Origin: an uncultured delta proteobacterium
GTDB taxonomy: Bacteria; Desulfobacterota; RBG-13-43-22
Direction of reading: 5' to 3'
Assembly: GCA_963843145.1 (NCBI GenBank)
Contig: CAWJJC010000020.1
Location: 160,001-224,000, forward strand
Length of the DNA: 64,000 nucleotides
The notes below the pieces were generated by a model. That model had not been told where the DNA came from. It searched no databases and saw only the letters and a program-made list of their open reading frames with translations. Position 1 is the stretch's first letter. Each line of letters starts with the position of its first letter. The position numbers were made by a program, and so were the translations under genes. This document shows positions 46,189 to 55,081 of the stretch, in pieces.

Positions 46189-47877
46189 TTATAGCTTACC
46201 GGATCGAAAGATGGAGAAAATGAGCCACAGGCCTAGGAGCGTGGCAATGACATAGCCGACCAGACCAAAGAGGGCGGTGATGGAAATGGTTTTTAGACCA
46301 AAGAGATTTAAACTCACCTCGAAAACCCTTTGACTCGAATTGAGGACCAGGGCGGCGGCGATAATGGAGGCCGAAATAATGAAGCCGACGGTCAACCGGT
46401 TGACCCCTTTGGCAAACTGGCTATTCAGCTTTTCCAGGCCGGTGTGCCGGAACTCCAACCGCTGGTTTCCCTGGGCGGTCTGCCGGAGGATGTCATGCAG
46501 CAACTTAGGCATCGTCCTCAGGTAACCGCCCGTGGTTCGGACTTCCTTGCCCAGGTCTCGAAAAAACTTTTTGGGATTGTAGCGGCGCTCCAGAAATCGC
46601 TCCGCGTAAGGCCGGGCCGCTTCCAGCAGGCTGGCCTCACTACCCAGGATCTTGCCCAGGGCTTCGGTTTGGATAAAGGTTTTCAGCAAGAGCAAAATGT
46701 TCCGGGGCAGTCGGATATGGTATTTGTAAACCAGTTGCATGACTTGATCGTAGACGTCCCTGACCGAGATCGTCTGCAGGGAGCGGCCGTAAAAGGGCTC
46801 GCTGATGTCCTTGAGATCCACTTGAAAGCTTTTCAGATCCATGGTCTCTTCGTCGATGATTCCCGCATCCAGCAAGGCCTCTAAGACCAGGTCATAATCG
46901 TGTTCGGCATAGCCCAGGAAGAGGTTGGCGATTTGGCCCATCATCTGTTCGTCCAGATACCCGGTAATGCCGAAATCCACCAGGGCCACCCGGCCGTCGT
47001 ACATGACGATGGTATTGCCCGGGTGCGGATCGGCATGAAAAAAACCGAATTCCATCAACTGCCGGGAAAAGGAGCGCAACCCGATGTCGGCTATTCCCTG
47101 GGGATCCAGGCCCTGGGCTCTTATGGTTTCCACCTGATCCATCTTGATGCCGTCGATATGTTCCATGACCAGAACGGACCGGCTGGTATAGTTCCAGTAC
47201 ACCTTATGGATATAGATTTCTTCGGAGTCCTTGAAATTCAGGGCGAACTTTTCAATACTGCCGGCCTCAATCAGCATGTCGAGCTCCCTGAAAATAACCC
47301 GCTCGAACTCCTTGACCAGGTTGCGCATTCCCACGATCCGGCCCATTTCGAAATACTTTTCAATTTTTTCGGCCAGATAGTACATCAAGCGGACATCCTG
47401 ACGGATCTTTTTGTCTATCCCCGGCCGGATCACCTTGACGGCCAGCCTTTCCCCGGTCGAAAGCTCGGCCAGATGAACCTGGGCTACCGAGGCCGCGGCT
47501 AGCGGTTCCGGATGGAAGGTCTGGAAAATTTCCGCCAGCGGCCGCTTTAGTTCGGCTTCGATGATCTTTTTGATCTCAGGAAAAGGAACAGGAGGGACGC
47601 GGTCCTGAAGTTTCTTAAACTCCTCGATGTAATCCGACGGGAACAGGTCTGCCCGGGTGCTCAGGAGTTGGCCCAGCTTGATGAAGCTGGGGCCCAATTC
47701 TTCGAGGGCCAGGCGGATGCGTAACGGCGAGGGGAACCCTGATTTAAAGATGAGGTCTTTGTCCTGGAAGCCCTTTTCTTTTTTCTCGGCCCGACCGGAG
47801 AGCTGTTCCCACACGTCTCCCAAGCCATGTTTGCACAGCACCCGGGTGATGGCCGCGAACCTCCTGAATCCTTTCAA
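46189..47877 (-). CDS. ubiB: UbiB/AarF/ABC1 atypical kinase
   Basis: LGPSFIKLGQ, AAASVAQVH, VKV, FHADPHPGN, DFG; two C-terminal TM. Confidence 0.9.
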   Translation of the reverse strand: MKGFRRFAAITRVLCKHGLGDVWEQLSGRAEKKEKGFQDKDLIFKSGFPSPLRIRLALEELGPSFIKLGQLLSTRADLFPSDYIEEFKKLQDRVPPVPFPEIKKIIEAELKRPLAEIFQTFHPEPLAAASVAQVHLAELSTGERLAVKVIRPGIDKKIRQDVRLMYYLAEKIEKYFEMGRIVGMRNLVKEFERVIFRELDMLIEAGSIEKFALNFKDSEEIYIHKVYWNYTSRSVLVMEHIDGIKMDQVETIRAQGLDPQGIADIGLRSFSRQLMEFGFFHADPHPGNTIVMYDGRVALVDFGITGYLDEQMMGQIANLFLGYAEHDYDLVLEALLDAGIIDEETMDLKSFQVDLKDISEPFYGRSLQTISVRDVYDQVMQLVYKYHIRLPRNILLLLKTFIQTEALGKILGSEASLLEAARPYAERFLERRYNPKKFFRDLGKEVRTTGGYLRTMPKLLHDILRQTAQGNQRLEFRHTGLEKLNSQFAKGVNRLTVGFIISASIIAAALVLNSSQRVFEVSLNLFGLKTISITALFGLVGYVIATLLGLWLIFSIFRSGKL

Positions 47878-47945
47878 CCCTGAAACCTCCTCTGCGTAAA
47901 CCTAAGGCCATCCGCTCCTGACGGGTCAGCCGGAAGCGCCGGGGC

Positions 47946-48185
47946 TCAGGATGGGGCCTCGCCCTTGACCTGCGGCCATTTTTTTGAAATCTCTTCGCGC
48001 TTCGTGGCCTCCGCCACATAGCGCTCCAGGTAGCCGCATTCGGCACAAACATAGTTGTCCAGGGAAGCAATGGAAAAAAGGGTTATGGGGATACTGTTAC
48101 TTCCGAAGGGGCCGAATTTGGCGGGGATCTCCGCCCCCTGGAAAACTTTGTCCGAGCCGCACTTGGGGCACTTTCCGTTTTTCAC
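47946..48185 (-). CDS. Small zinc-ribbon protein
   Basis: GTG start with GAGGAG RBS; CPKCGS...VCAECGYLERY. Confidence 0.75.
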   Translation of the reverse strand: MKNGKCPKCGSDKVFQGAEIPAKFGPFGSNSIPITLFSIASLDNYVCAECGYLERYVAEATKREEISKKWPQVKGEAPS

Positions 48186-48261
48186 TTTAGCATCTCCTCT
48201 GACGACGGGCCAGTTAAAACGTTCAGGCGGGCTGAAGCAGAACATTATTGGCAATGGAAAT

Positions 48262-48300
48262 AGTATAAGAGAGGAAAGGGAATAGGGTCAAGGATAAAAA
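48262..48300 (-). promoter_or_regulatory. Putative sigma70 promoter (Zn-ribbon/ubiB unit)
   Basis: TTTTATCC-TTGACC-18 bp-TATACT. Confidence 0.55.
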
Positions 48301-48346
48301 TGGGCCCTCGGCTCCATTCCGGCATAATCGCTTGACAGGAAACAGC

Positions 48347-48375
48347 TTGACAGTCTCCGGATGTCCCGTTATCTT
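48347..48375 (+). promoter_or_regulatory. Putative sigma70 promoter of the ino1-epimerase-ubiE-methyltransferase operon
   Basis: TTGACA-17 bp-TATCTT; CTTGACAG is also repeated 15 bp upstream. Confidence 0.55.
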
Positions 48376-48481
48376 TTCGATGAATGTCTGAGCGCTGTCC
48401 CTCTTGCAGATGAACTCTTCGTTGGGTGGCTGTTCTCGGCAACAATAGAAAAAAAAGAATTGGAATTTGAGGCCCTCCGCC

Positions 48482-49675
48482 ATGAAAAATTCGTTTTCTG
48501 CTCATCCCGGGCCCCTCCTCCTGCTGATTGCCGGGGCCAAGGGCGCCGTGGCCTCGACCGTAGCCGTTGCCGTACTGGCTCTCCGGCGGGATCCCGGGTC
48601 TATCCTTTCCAGCCTGACCACGGCAGACAAATTTCCTTACCTGGGACCGCCTCAGGCCTTTCACCTGGCAGGCTGGGACCAAAGCCGGAAGACATTGCCC
48701 GAGTCCATTGAAGCGCACGGCGTTCTTCCCGAGCACCTCTGGAAGCCCTGCCAATTCGACCTAAATCAGATGACGATCCGGGAGGCCCCGGCGCCGGATC
48801 TGGATTTCGGAACCACCGTCGAACGGCTCCGGGAGGATATCCGCTTCTTCTGCGATCTGTTCCCCGAGGCGCGGCCCGTCTTCGTCAATCTTTTACCCGC
48901 CGCCCGGCGAACGTTCCCGCTGGGCTGCCAAAGTCTCTCCGAACTCACCGCCCTGCGGAAAGCCCCCGAGCCGGTGGATTTAGCCTACACGGCCGCCGCG
49001 GTGCTTTCCGGAGTGCCGGTGGTGAATTTCACTCCCAATGAGATCGAAATTCCGCCCCTGCTTCACGAAGCCGTGGAGCGGGGAGTGCCGATCGCCGGGC
49101 GGGACGGCAAGACCGGGCAGACCTATCTGAAAGTGGTTCTGGCCTCGGCCTTGAAAGCCAGAAGATTGTACGTCGATGGCTGGTACAGCCTTAATATCCT
49201 CGGCAATGCCGATGGGAAAAACTTGATGGAACCCGGCAGGGCGGAGGGAAAACTGATCAACAAGACCGAAATCCTGGATGAACTTCTGGGCTATCCGGTG
49301 GGGGAGAGGTATCAGACCCCCTCACATAAAGTGCATATCGATTATTACCCTCCCCGGGGGGATGCCAAGGAAGCCTGGGACGTGGTCGATTTCCTGGGAC
49401 TCTTCGGACTTCCCATGAGCCTCCGCCTCAATCTTCAGGGCCGGGACTCCATTCTGGCGGCGCCCCTGGTGCTGGATCTGGCCCGCTGGATGGCGGCCCT
49501 GCAACAGGCTGGAAAATCAGGACCGGTCCCGGAGTTGGGCTTTTACTTCAAGAAACCCGTGGGGGATAATCCCCCCCTGACCTTTGAGGACCAGTGGCTC
49601 GCGCTGCAGCGTTTGGAAGCGTCTTGCGACCGGATCCTCTCTTCCCCCCGTCGGGGACACCCTCCGGTTCAATAA
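48482..49675 (+). CDS. ino1: Myo-inositol-1-phosphate synthase family protein
   Basis: GAKGAVAST, GWD, VNFTPN, GRDGKTGQT, NILGNADG, GDAKEAWD, DSILAAPLVLDL, YFKKP. Confidence 0.88.
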   Translation: MKNSFSAHPGPLLLLIAGAKGAVASTVAVAVLALRRDPGSILSSLTTADKFPYLGPPQAFHLAGWDQSRKTLPESIEAHGVLPEHLWKPCQFDLNQMTIREAPAPDLDFGTTVERLREDIRFFCDLFPEARPVFVNLLPAARRTFPLGCQSLSELTALRKAPEPVDLAYTAAAVLSGVPVVNFTPNEIEIPPLLHEAVERGVPIAGRDGKTGQTYLKVVLASALKARRLYVDGWYSLNILGNADGKNLMEPGRAEGKLINKTEILDELLGYPVGERYQTPSHKVHIDYYPPRGDAKEAWDVVDFLGLFGLPMSLRLNLQGRDSILAAPLVLDLARWMAALQQAGKSGPVPELGFYFKKPVGDNPPLTFEDQWLALQRLEASCDRILSSPRRGHPPVQ

Positions 49676-49685
49676 GGAGCCTCGA

Positions 49686-50543
49686 GTGAAATTCGGATAC
49701 AGCACCAATGCCTTTGTCAAATTCTCCCTGGTAGAATCGGTGGAAAAAATTGCCCGGCTGGGTTTCGGGGGCATTGAAATCATGTGCGACCGGCCTCACC
49801 TCTATCCCCCCGATTTCGGAACCGCAGCGCTGGTCCAACTCCAAGAGCTCCTTCAGGCCCGGGACCTGAAAGTGACCAACTTGAATAGTTTCACCCTCTT
49901 TGCCGTGGGAGATACCTACCTGCCGTCCTGGATCGAACCGGAAAAAGAGAGAAGGGCTATTCGCATCCGCCACACCCTGGACTGTCTCAAGGTAGCGGCT
50001 CGCCTGGGATGCCAGAACATCTCCGTCCCGCCCGGCGGGCCCCCGAATGGCTTTTCCCGACCGGAGGCGGTCGCTCTTTTCCATCAGGGCTTGGAACAGG
50101 TCCTGCCCCTGGCGGAGTCCCTGGGGGTCAAGGTCCTGGTGGAACCGGAACCGCAGCTCCTGATTGAAAATAGCCTCCAGTTCAAGTCCTTCATTCAAGA
50201 GGTGGCCTCGCCCGCTGTGGGTTTGAATTTTGATATGGGCCATTTCTTTTGCGTGGGAGAGGACCCGGCGGCGGCCTTTGAAGAACTCTTTCCCTGGGTG
50301 GGGCATGTCCACCTGGAGGATATCGCCGCGAGCCGGGTTCACCAACACCTCATCGCCGGACAGGGAACGCTGGCCTTCCTGGATATCTTCAGGACCATGT
50401 CGCGCCTGAGCTACCGGGGCGATATCAGCTTGGAACTCTACCCCTACACCGACAGGCCGGAGGAGGCCGGTAAAGCCAGTCTCCTTTACCTGCTGCCCCT
50501 CTTTGAGGAGGCGGGACTGCCGATAGAAGGGCCCTCCCGGTGA
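49686..50543 (+). CDS. Sugar phosphate isomerase/epimerase (xylose-isomerase-like TIM barrel, IolE/IolI superfamily)
   Basis: GTG start with AAGGAG RBS; metal ligands in VEPEP, FDMGH, HVHLED, LELY. Confidence 0.85.
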   Translation: MKFGYSTNAFVKFSLVESVEKIARLGFGGIEIMCDRPHLYPPDFGTAALVQLQELLQARDLKVTNLNSFTLFAVGDTYLPSWIEPEKERRAIRIRHTLDCLKVAARLGCQNISVPPGGPPNGFSRPEAVALFHQGLEQVLPLAESLGVKVLVEPEPQLLIENSLQFKSFIQEVASPAVGLNFDMGHFFCVGEDPAAAFEELFPWVGHVHLEDIAASRVHQHLIAGQGTLAFLDIFRTMSRLSYRGDISLELYPYTDRPEEAGKASLLYLLPLFEEAGLPIEGPSR

Positions 50544-50559
50544 CCGGAAGCGTAAGGAG

Positions 50560-51375
50560 ATGACGTCTAAAACTTCCCGCGGCTGGGGGAAAGAAAGCCA
50601 GGAACTGAAGCCGGTGACCTCCTCTAAAGCCGAAGAGGAAAAGGCCCATTTCGGATTCCAGGAAATTCCGGCCCAGGAAAAGGTTAAGTGGGTGCGGGAA
50701 CATTTTGATTCGATCGCCCGCAAGTACGATGTAATGAATACCTTGCTGAGCTTCGGAATTCATTACCTGTGGAAAAGGAAGGCGATCCGGCTTCTGGGAC
50801 TAAAACCGGGTGACCGGGTTATCGATGTCTGCGGCGGAACCGGCGACCTTTCCGTCCTGGCGGTGAAAAAAGTGACTCCCTCCGGCCTGGTGGTCTTATA
50901 TGATATTAATCGGAAGATGATGGCGGCGGGAAAAGGGAAGTCAACGAATAGAGCCTCTCGAGAAAAAATCCGCTATGTCCAGGGCGACGCCGAAGAGATC
51001 TCTTTTGGAGCCCAGGAGTTTGACGCCGCCCTGGTGGGATTTGGGATCCGGAACCTGACGCACCCGGAGGAGGGTTTCCGAGAGATGTACCGCGTCCTGA
51101 AACCCGGGGGGAAGTTCCTCTGTCTTGAGTTCTCGAAACCAACCGCACCGCTCTTTCGCCGGCTCTACGATTTCTATTCCTTCCGCCTGATGCCCTTTAT
51201 AGGGCTTCTCTTCGTGGGGTCGCGAAAACCCTTCACCTATCTCCCCGAGTCGATCCGGATGTTTCCTTCTCCGCAGAAATTAAGCGCCGTTCTGGAGGAG
51301 ATCGGTTTCTCCCAAGTCACCTACCGATATCTGACCAACGGTATTGCGGTCATCCATTGGGGCCTCAAAAGATGA
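50560..51375 (+). CDS. ubiE: Ubiquinone/menaquinone C-methyltransferase
   Basis: HFGF, F.SIA.KYD.MN.LLSFG.H..W, DVCGGTGD, GFGIRN, LEFSKP, YLPESI..FP. Confidence 0.9.
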   Translation: MTSKTSRGWGKESQELKPVTSSKAEEEKAHFGFQEIPAQEKVKWVREHFDSIARKYDVMNTLLSFGIHYLWKRKAIRLLGLKPGDRVIDVCGGTGDLSVLAVKKVTPSGLVVLYDINRKMMAAGKGKSTNRASREKIRYVQGDAEEISFGAQEFDAALVGFGIRNLTHPEEGFREMYRVLKPGGKFLCLEFSKPTAPLFRRLYDFYSFRLMPFIGLLFVGSRKPFTYLPESIRMFPSPQKLSAVLEEIGFSQVTYRYLTNGIAVIHWGLKR

Positions 51376-51385
51376 GGACGTCATC

Positions 51386-51982
51386 GTGAAACTGAACTGG
51401 GCGGAGCGCTGGGTGGTGAATAACCCGCTCCGGGTCTGGGAACAACGGCTCGAAATCCGGAGGTTCAAAAGGATGATGCCCCTCAAACCAGGCGCTATCG
51501 CCCTAGAGGTGGGTTGTGGCCGAGGCGCCGCAGCCCGCTTGATCTTTAAGGAATTTCAGCTCTCGCGGGTTTACGCCATGGACCTGGATGTCCGGATGGT
51601 TCGGAAGGCCCAGGACTATCTGGCCCTCCGCGGAGAAGGACCGGTGCCCCTCTTTGTGGGAAATGTGTCCCGCCTCCCCCTGAACCCGGAATCCCTGGAC
51701 GCGGTTTTTGGTTTTGGGGTCCTGCATCATGTGGTGGATTGGCGTCTCGCCCTGGCTGAAATCGCCCGCGTCTTGAAACCGGGGGGGGTCTATTATATCG
51801 AAGAACTCTATCCGGCCCTCTACCAGAACTTCCTAACCCGGCGAATCCTGGTTCATCCGGCGGCGGACCGATTTTTTAGCCCTGACCTGAGGCAGGCTCT
51901 GCAACAAGCCGCCCTCCCCCTCAAGAGGGCCCTGGAGGTTAAACATCTTGGCCTTCTCGGTGTATCCGTCAAAGAAGGCTGA
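51386..51982 (+). CDS. Class I SAM-dependent methyltransferase
   Basis: LEVGCGRG, MDLD, FGVLHHV, RVLKPGG. Confidence 0.88.
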   Translation: MKLNWAERWVVNNPLRVWEQRLEIRRFKRMMPLKPGAIALEVGCGRGAAARLIFKEFQLSRVYAMDLDVRMVRKAQDYLALRGEGPVPLFVGNVSRLPLNPESLDAVFGFGVLHHVVDWRLALAEIARVLKPGGVYYIEELYPALYQNFLTRRILVHPAADRFFSPDLRQALQQAALPLKRALEVKHLGLLGVSVKEG

Positions 51983-51991
51983 ACAGGCGGT

Positions 51992-52705
51992 TCAGTCTCT
52001 CTCGAGGGGAAAGGTCAATTGAGCGCCAAACCAGCCAATGACGGCGGCCAGGGGTAACAGGGAAAGGATGAGCAGCGAATAAATCAGGCTGGCCAAGCTG
52101 AAAGCCTTGAGGAGTTCCGGGACGGTGATTCTCCAGAGGAAGGCGACGATTTCCGTACAGAACAGGATGACCGACACTTTCTTTTTGATGGCTACGGGTC
52201 GGACCGGTTTCGCCAGGTAGTTCAGCCACCAGGTATAGTAGCCGGTGGCCATGGCCAGCGGAGTGAAGAGAATCCCGGCTCCCAGACAGTTCAAGGCGGT
52301 TAGTTCAAAGGACCGGACCCCGGTTAAAAGATAGAGCAGATTGAACAGGGTGGTTGAGAACATAAAAACGATCGGGAAGTGGATGGTCATCGGATGGGGA
52401 TGCCGCCGGAGCATGGGGAAACGGGAAAGAAGCCGGGACAAGGACTCCGGTATTTCCCTTTCGGCACCCTCCCCTTTTTTTAAAACCGCCACCTGAGGGT
52501 ATCGTTCCAGGACCTCCGTTCCATGGGGCGCACCCTGGATATCTGTAGTCAGATCCTTCCCGGCGTGGTGACGTTTCATGTGCAGGCCACCTTTCCACAA
52601 TTTGCTTTCGCTCACGTCGAATACCTTGCCCTGGTGGGCGATGTAGATCGGTTTTCCATCTTGCCCGTTATGGGCTGACATTTCCCTGGAATCAATTTCT
52701 TTCAT
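51992..52705 (-). CDS. Cytochrome b5-like domain fused to a DUF2231 membrane domain
   Basis: GKVFDVS.S.LW.GG.H..RH.AG.DLT...APHG, then HPHPMTIHFPI and 4 TM. Confidence 0.85.
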   Translation of the reverse strand: MKEIDSREMSAHNGQDGKPIYIAHQGKVFDVSESKLWKGGLHMKRHHAGKDLTTDIQGAPHGTEVLERYPQVAVLKKGEGAEREIPESLSRLLSRFPMLRRHPHPMTIHFPIVFMFSTTLFNLLYLLTGVRSFELTALNCLGAGILFTPLAMATGYYTWWLNYLAKPVRPVAIKKKVSVILFCTEIVAFLWRITVPELLKAFSLASLIYSLLILSLLPLAAVIGWFGAQLTFPLERD

Positions 52706-52717
52706 TCACCTTCCTTT

Positions 52718-53671
52718 TCAGAGGAGATCTTGAATCATCAAGGTAAGGCTGACCACCGCCAGCAAGGAGAACGGATAGTAGCTGGCCCGGTTAAAAAGGA
52801 CGGAGGCCTGAAGTTTCTCCTTGGTCCGGTATAGGCGGTAGGTCGGCAGGAGAAGGAGATAGAGCCCCGCACCTATCGAAACGGCCACTGCGGGAAGTTG
52901 GAAGGCTACCCGGGAAATGGAAAAGAGAACGACGTTCAGCCCGACAGCCAGCAGGAGCGAAAAAAGAATAATGGCCCAGGACCAGTCCGGCCCGAACCGG
53001 ACCGGGATCGTTTTGGCCTGGAGCATTTTGTCCGCTTCCACCTCGGTCCAGTCGGCCGGGATGTTCTGACCCCCGATTTCCCAGAAAAAAAGCCACAGAA
53101 AAAGGATGATCAGGAAGGACCAGGAAGGGCGGGGATCAACGGCGAACACCGCCGCCAGGCCCCCCGCGGTTTTCACCATCCCGCTCACCAGAGCGCGATA
53201 AGGACTGGTCCTCCAGAGGAGGCAATAGACCGTTTCCAGGGCACAGCCGCCCAAGAAGATGATCAGGCAGATCGGATTCAGCAGGTAAGCCCCGATCAAG
53301 GCCAGAAGGCCCCAGGCGATTGTCCAGAGCAGCGCCTCTCCGAAACCTAAAAGGCCGTGCGCCAAGGGATGGGGGACCAGGACGGAGTCCAGGTAATGGT
53401 CTATATCACGGAAACCAACCCGTTCTAATTTCTCCCGGTCCGCTCGATAATCTACCAGATCGTTCAGGGCATAAACCGCCGTGTAGCCGGCAAAGGCGGT
53501 TATGATACCCAGCAGGGCCACCCGCAGCGGGGGAACGGCGCCATACCCTAACAGGGCGGCCAGGGCGGGAGTAGCCATGTCCAGCAATCCGTGGGGGGTC
53601 CTGGAAAGGGCGAAAAAAAATTTTAATCGGGAAAGGCTCGACCTTGATTTTTTAAGCGGCGCAGCATTCAA
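52718..53671 (-). CDS. UbiA-family prenyltransferase
   Basis: NDLVDYRAD first aspartate motif, HPL..G, second motif DWTEVEAD...KTIPVRFG; ~8 TM. Confidence 0.88.
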   Translation of the reverse strand: MNAAPLKKSRSSLSRLKFFFALSRTPHGLLDMATPALAALLGYGAVPPLRVALLGIITAFAGYTAVYALNDLVDYRADREKLERVGFRDIDHYLDSVLVPHPLAHGLLGFGEALLWTIAWGLLALIGAYLLNPICLIIFLGGCALETVYCLLWRTSPYRALVSGMVKTAGGLAAVFAVDPRPSWSFLIILFLWLFFWEIGGQNIPADWTEVEADKMLQAKTIPVRFGPDWSWAIILFSLLLAVGLNVVLFSISRVAFQLPAVAVSIGAGLYLLLLPTYRLYRTKEKLQASVLFNRASYYPFSLLAVVSLTLMIQDLL

Positions 53672-53839
53672 ACGGCGGTTCCCGGCACCCTCGCCATCCC
53701 GCTCGCCGCCTCGGCGGAGCTAGCCGCCAGCCCCGAGAGGGAGAGGATGTACAGATAGGGAAGAATTTATTTTATTGGGCATCGAAGAAGTCCCGCAGCG
53801 TATCAGCCATTTTTCAGGAACGTCCCCCGAAAGGGATTT

Positions 53840-53878
53840 AGTATAAAATAGAAAAGAGAAAGGGGGCAAGGATAAAAT
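53840..53878 (-). promoter_or_regulatory. Putative sigma70 promoter (ubiA/cytochrome b5 unit)
   Basis: TTTTATCC-TTGCCC-18 bp-TATACT, nearly the same layout as 48262-48300. Confidence 0.5.
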
Positions 53879-53960
53879 CGTTTTGGGCCTGTTGAGCGGA
53901 AGGGGCCCGGCAGGCGGTGCCCTGAACCAAGTCAGGGGTTGGGATTTCCCCCAAGAAACC

Positions 53961-54806
53961 TTAGCCGACCCAGGCCTGGAGTAGAATCCTGATCCCCACC
54001 AATCCCAAAGCTACGGCCAGGCTGCGCATGATCCAGGGTCCCTTAATTCGATTGGATAGGCGGGCCCCCAGTTGAGCGCCAAACAATACCCCCAGGGACA
54101 AAAAGATCGTCCGATGGACCCCATGGGAAAAAGTCCCGGTCAGGATATGCGTCATCGTCCCGGCTAAGGCCATATTGGCCAGGATGAAGTGCGAAGTGGC
54201 CGTAGCGATATGAACGGGGAAATGGAGCAAATACACCAAGACCGGAACATGAATGATGCCGCCACCGATGCCTAAGAGACTGGATAGATATCCTACCAAA
54301 AAGCTGACCGCCACTCCGATGCTGGGATTAAAAACATAGGTGTGTTCCGTGCCGTCGGCCTCCAGCAGGTGACGGGAAAGGCCGTGACGGGAAGGACCCG
54401 GGGTGTCCCCGCCCCTCTTTCGGTTCCCGGGTAACAGCAGGTACACCGAGGCCCCCAGGATCAAAAAGCCAAAAACGCTGTCAAAGAGCCATCGGGGCAT
54501 AAAGGCCGTGGTCAACGCTCCCAACACCGCTCCCGGAAGGGCCGCCAGGGAAAATAGCAGCCCTGACTTGTAATCCACCCGTTTCATGAGGGCATAGGCC
54601 TCGGTGCCGGAAAGGGCATTAAAAAAAACAACGGCCAAGGATATACTGGTCAGGATTTCCGGGCTTTCCCGCGGATAAAGAAGCAACAGGGCCGGCAAGA
54701 GGACAAACCCGCCCCCGGCTCCGATCAGCGTACCATATCCGCCGGTGATAAAACCAATAACCACCAGCAGCAGTATTGATTCCCAACTCATGAGCGAAAT
54801 ATCCAC
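53961..54806 (-). CDS. TauE/SafE (TSUP) family membrane transporter
   Basis: Repeated GAGGG and GIGGG..VP motifs, ATATS, 8 TM. Confidence 0.88.
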   Translation of the reverse strand: MDISLMSWESILLLVVIGFITGGYGTLIGAGGGFVLLPALLLLYPRESPEILTSISLAVVFFNALSGTEAYALMKRVDYKSGLLFSLAALPGAVLGALTTAFMPRWLFDSVFGFLILGASVYLLLPGNRKRGGDTPGPSRHGLSRHLLEADGTEHTYVFNPSIGVAVSFLVGYLSSLLGIGGGIIHVPVLVYLLHFPVHIATATSHFILANMALAGTMTHILTGTFSHGVHRTIFLSLGVLFGAQLGARLSNRIKGPWIMRSLAVALGLVGIRILLQAWVG

Positions 54807-55072
54807 TGTCTTGATCGGAGGAAAGACCTCGTCGTCCTTAGCGTCATACTAGTGTCGGATAAGTTCCGTGTCCCGACCGCTCTTTTCGGTCCGGGTCGGC
54901 TTCGTTTCAATTTGGCGATTTCCTTCTTGACATACTCCAGCATGTGGCCGTGTAATTTTATGGAAACCTTACAAAAAGGGCAATCCAAGGGAGCACCCTC
55001 GGTCAGGCCCCGGATCGGGTAGTCGGTTACCCGGCCGCAGACCGGGCAGGAAAAGGGCAAAGTTTTTTCCAT
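54788..55072 (-). CDS. Small zinc-ribbon protein
   Basis: CPVCG...CPFC; RBS GGAGG directly after the tolC-like stop. Confidence 0.68.
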   Translation of the reverse strand: MEKTLPFSCPVCGRVTDYPIRGLTEGAPLDCPFCKVSIKLHGHMLEYVKKEIAKLKRSRPGPKRAVGTRNLSDTSMTLRTTRSFLRSRQWIFRS

Positions 55073-55081
55073 AGGTTCCTC

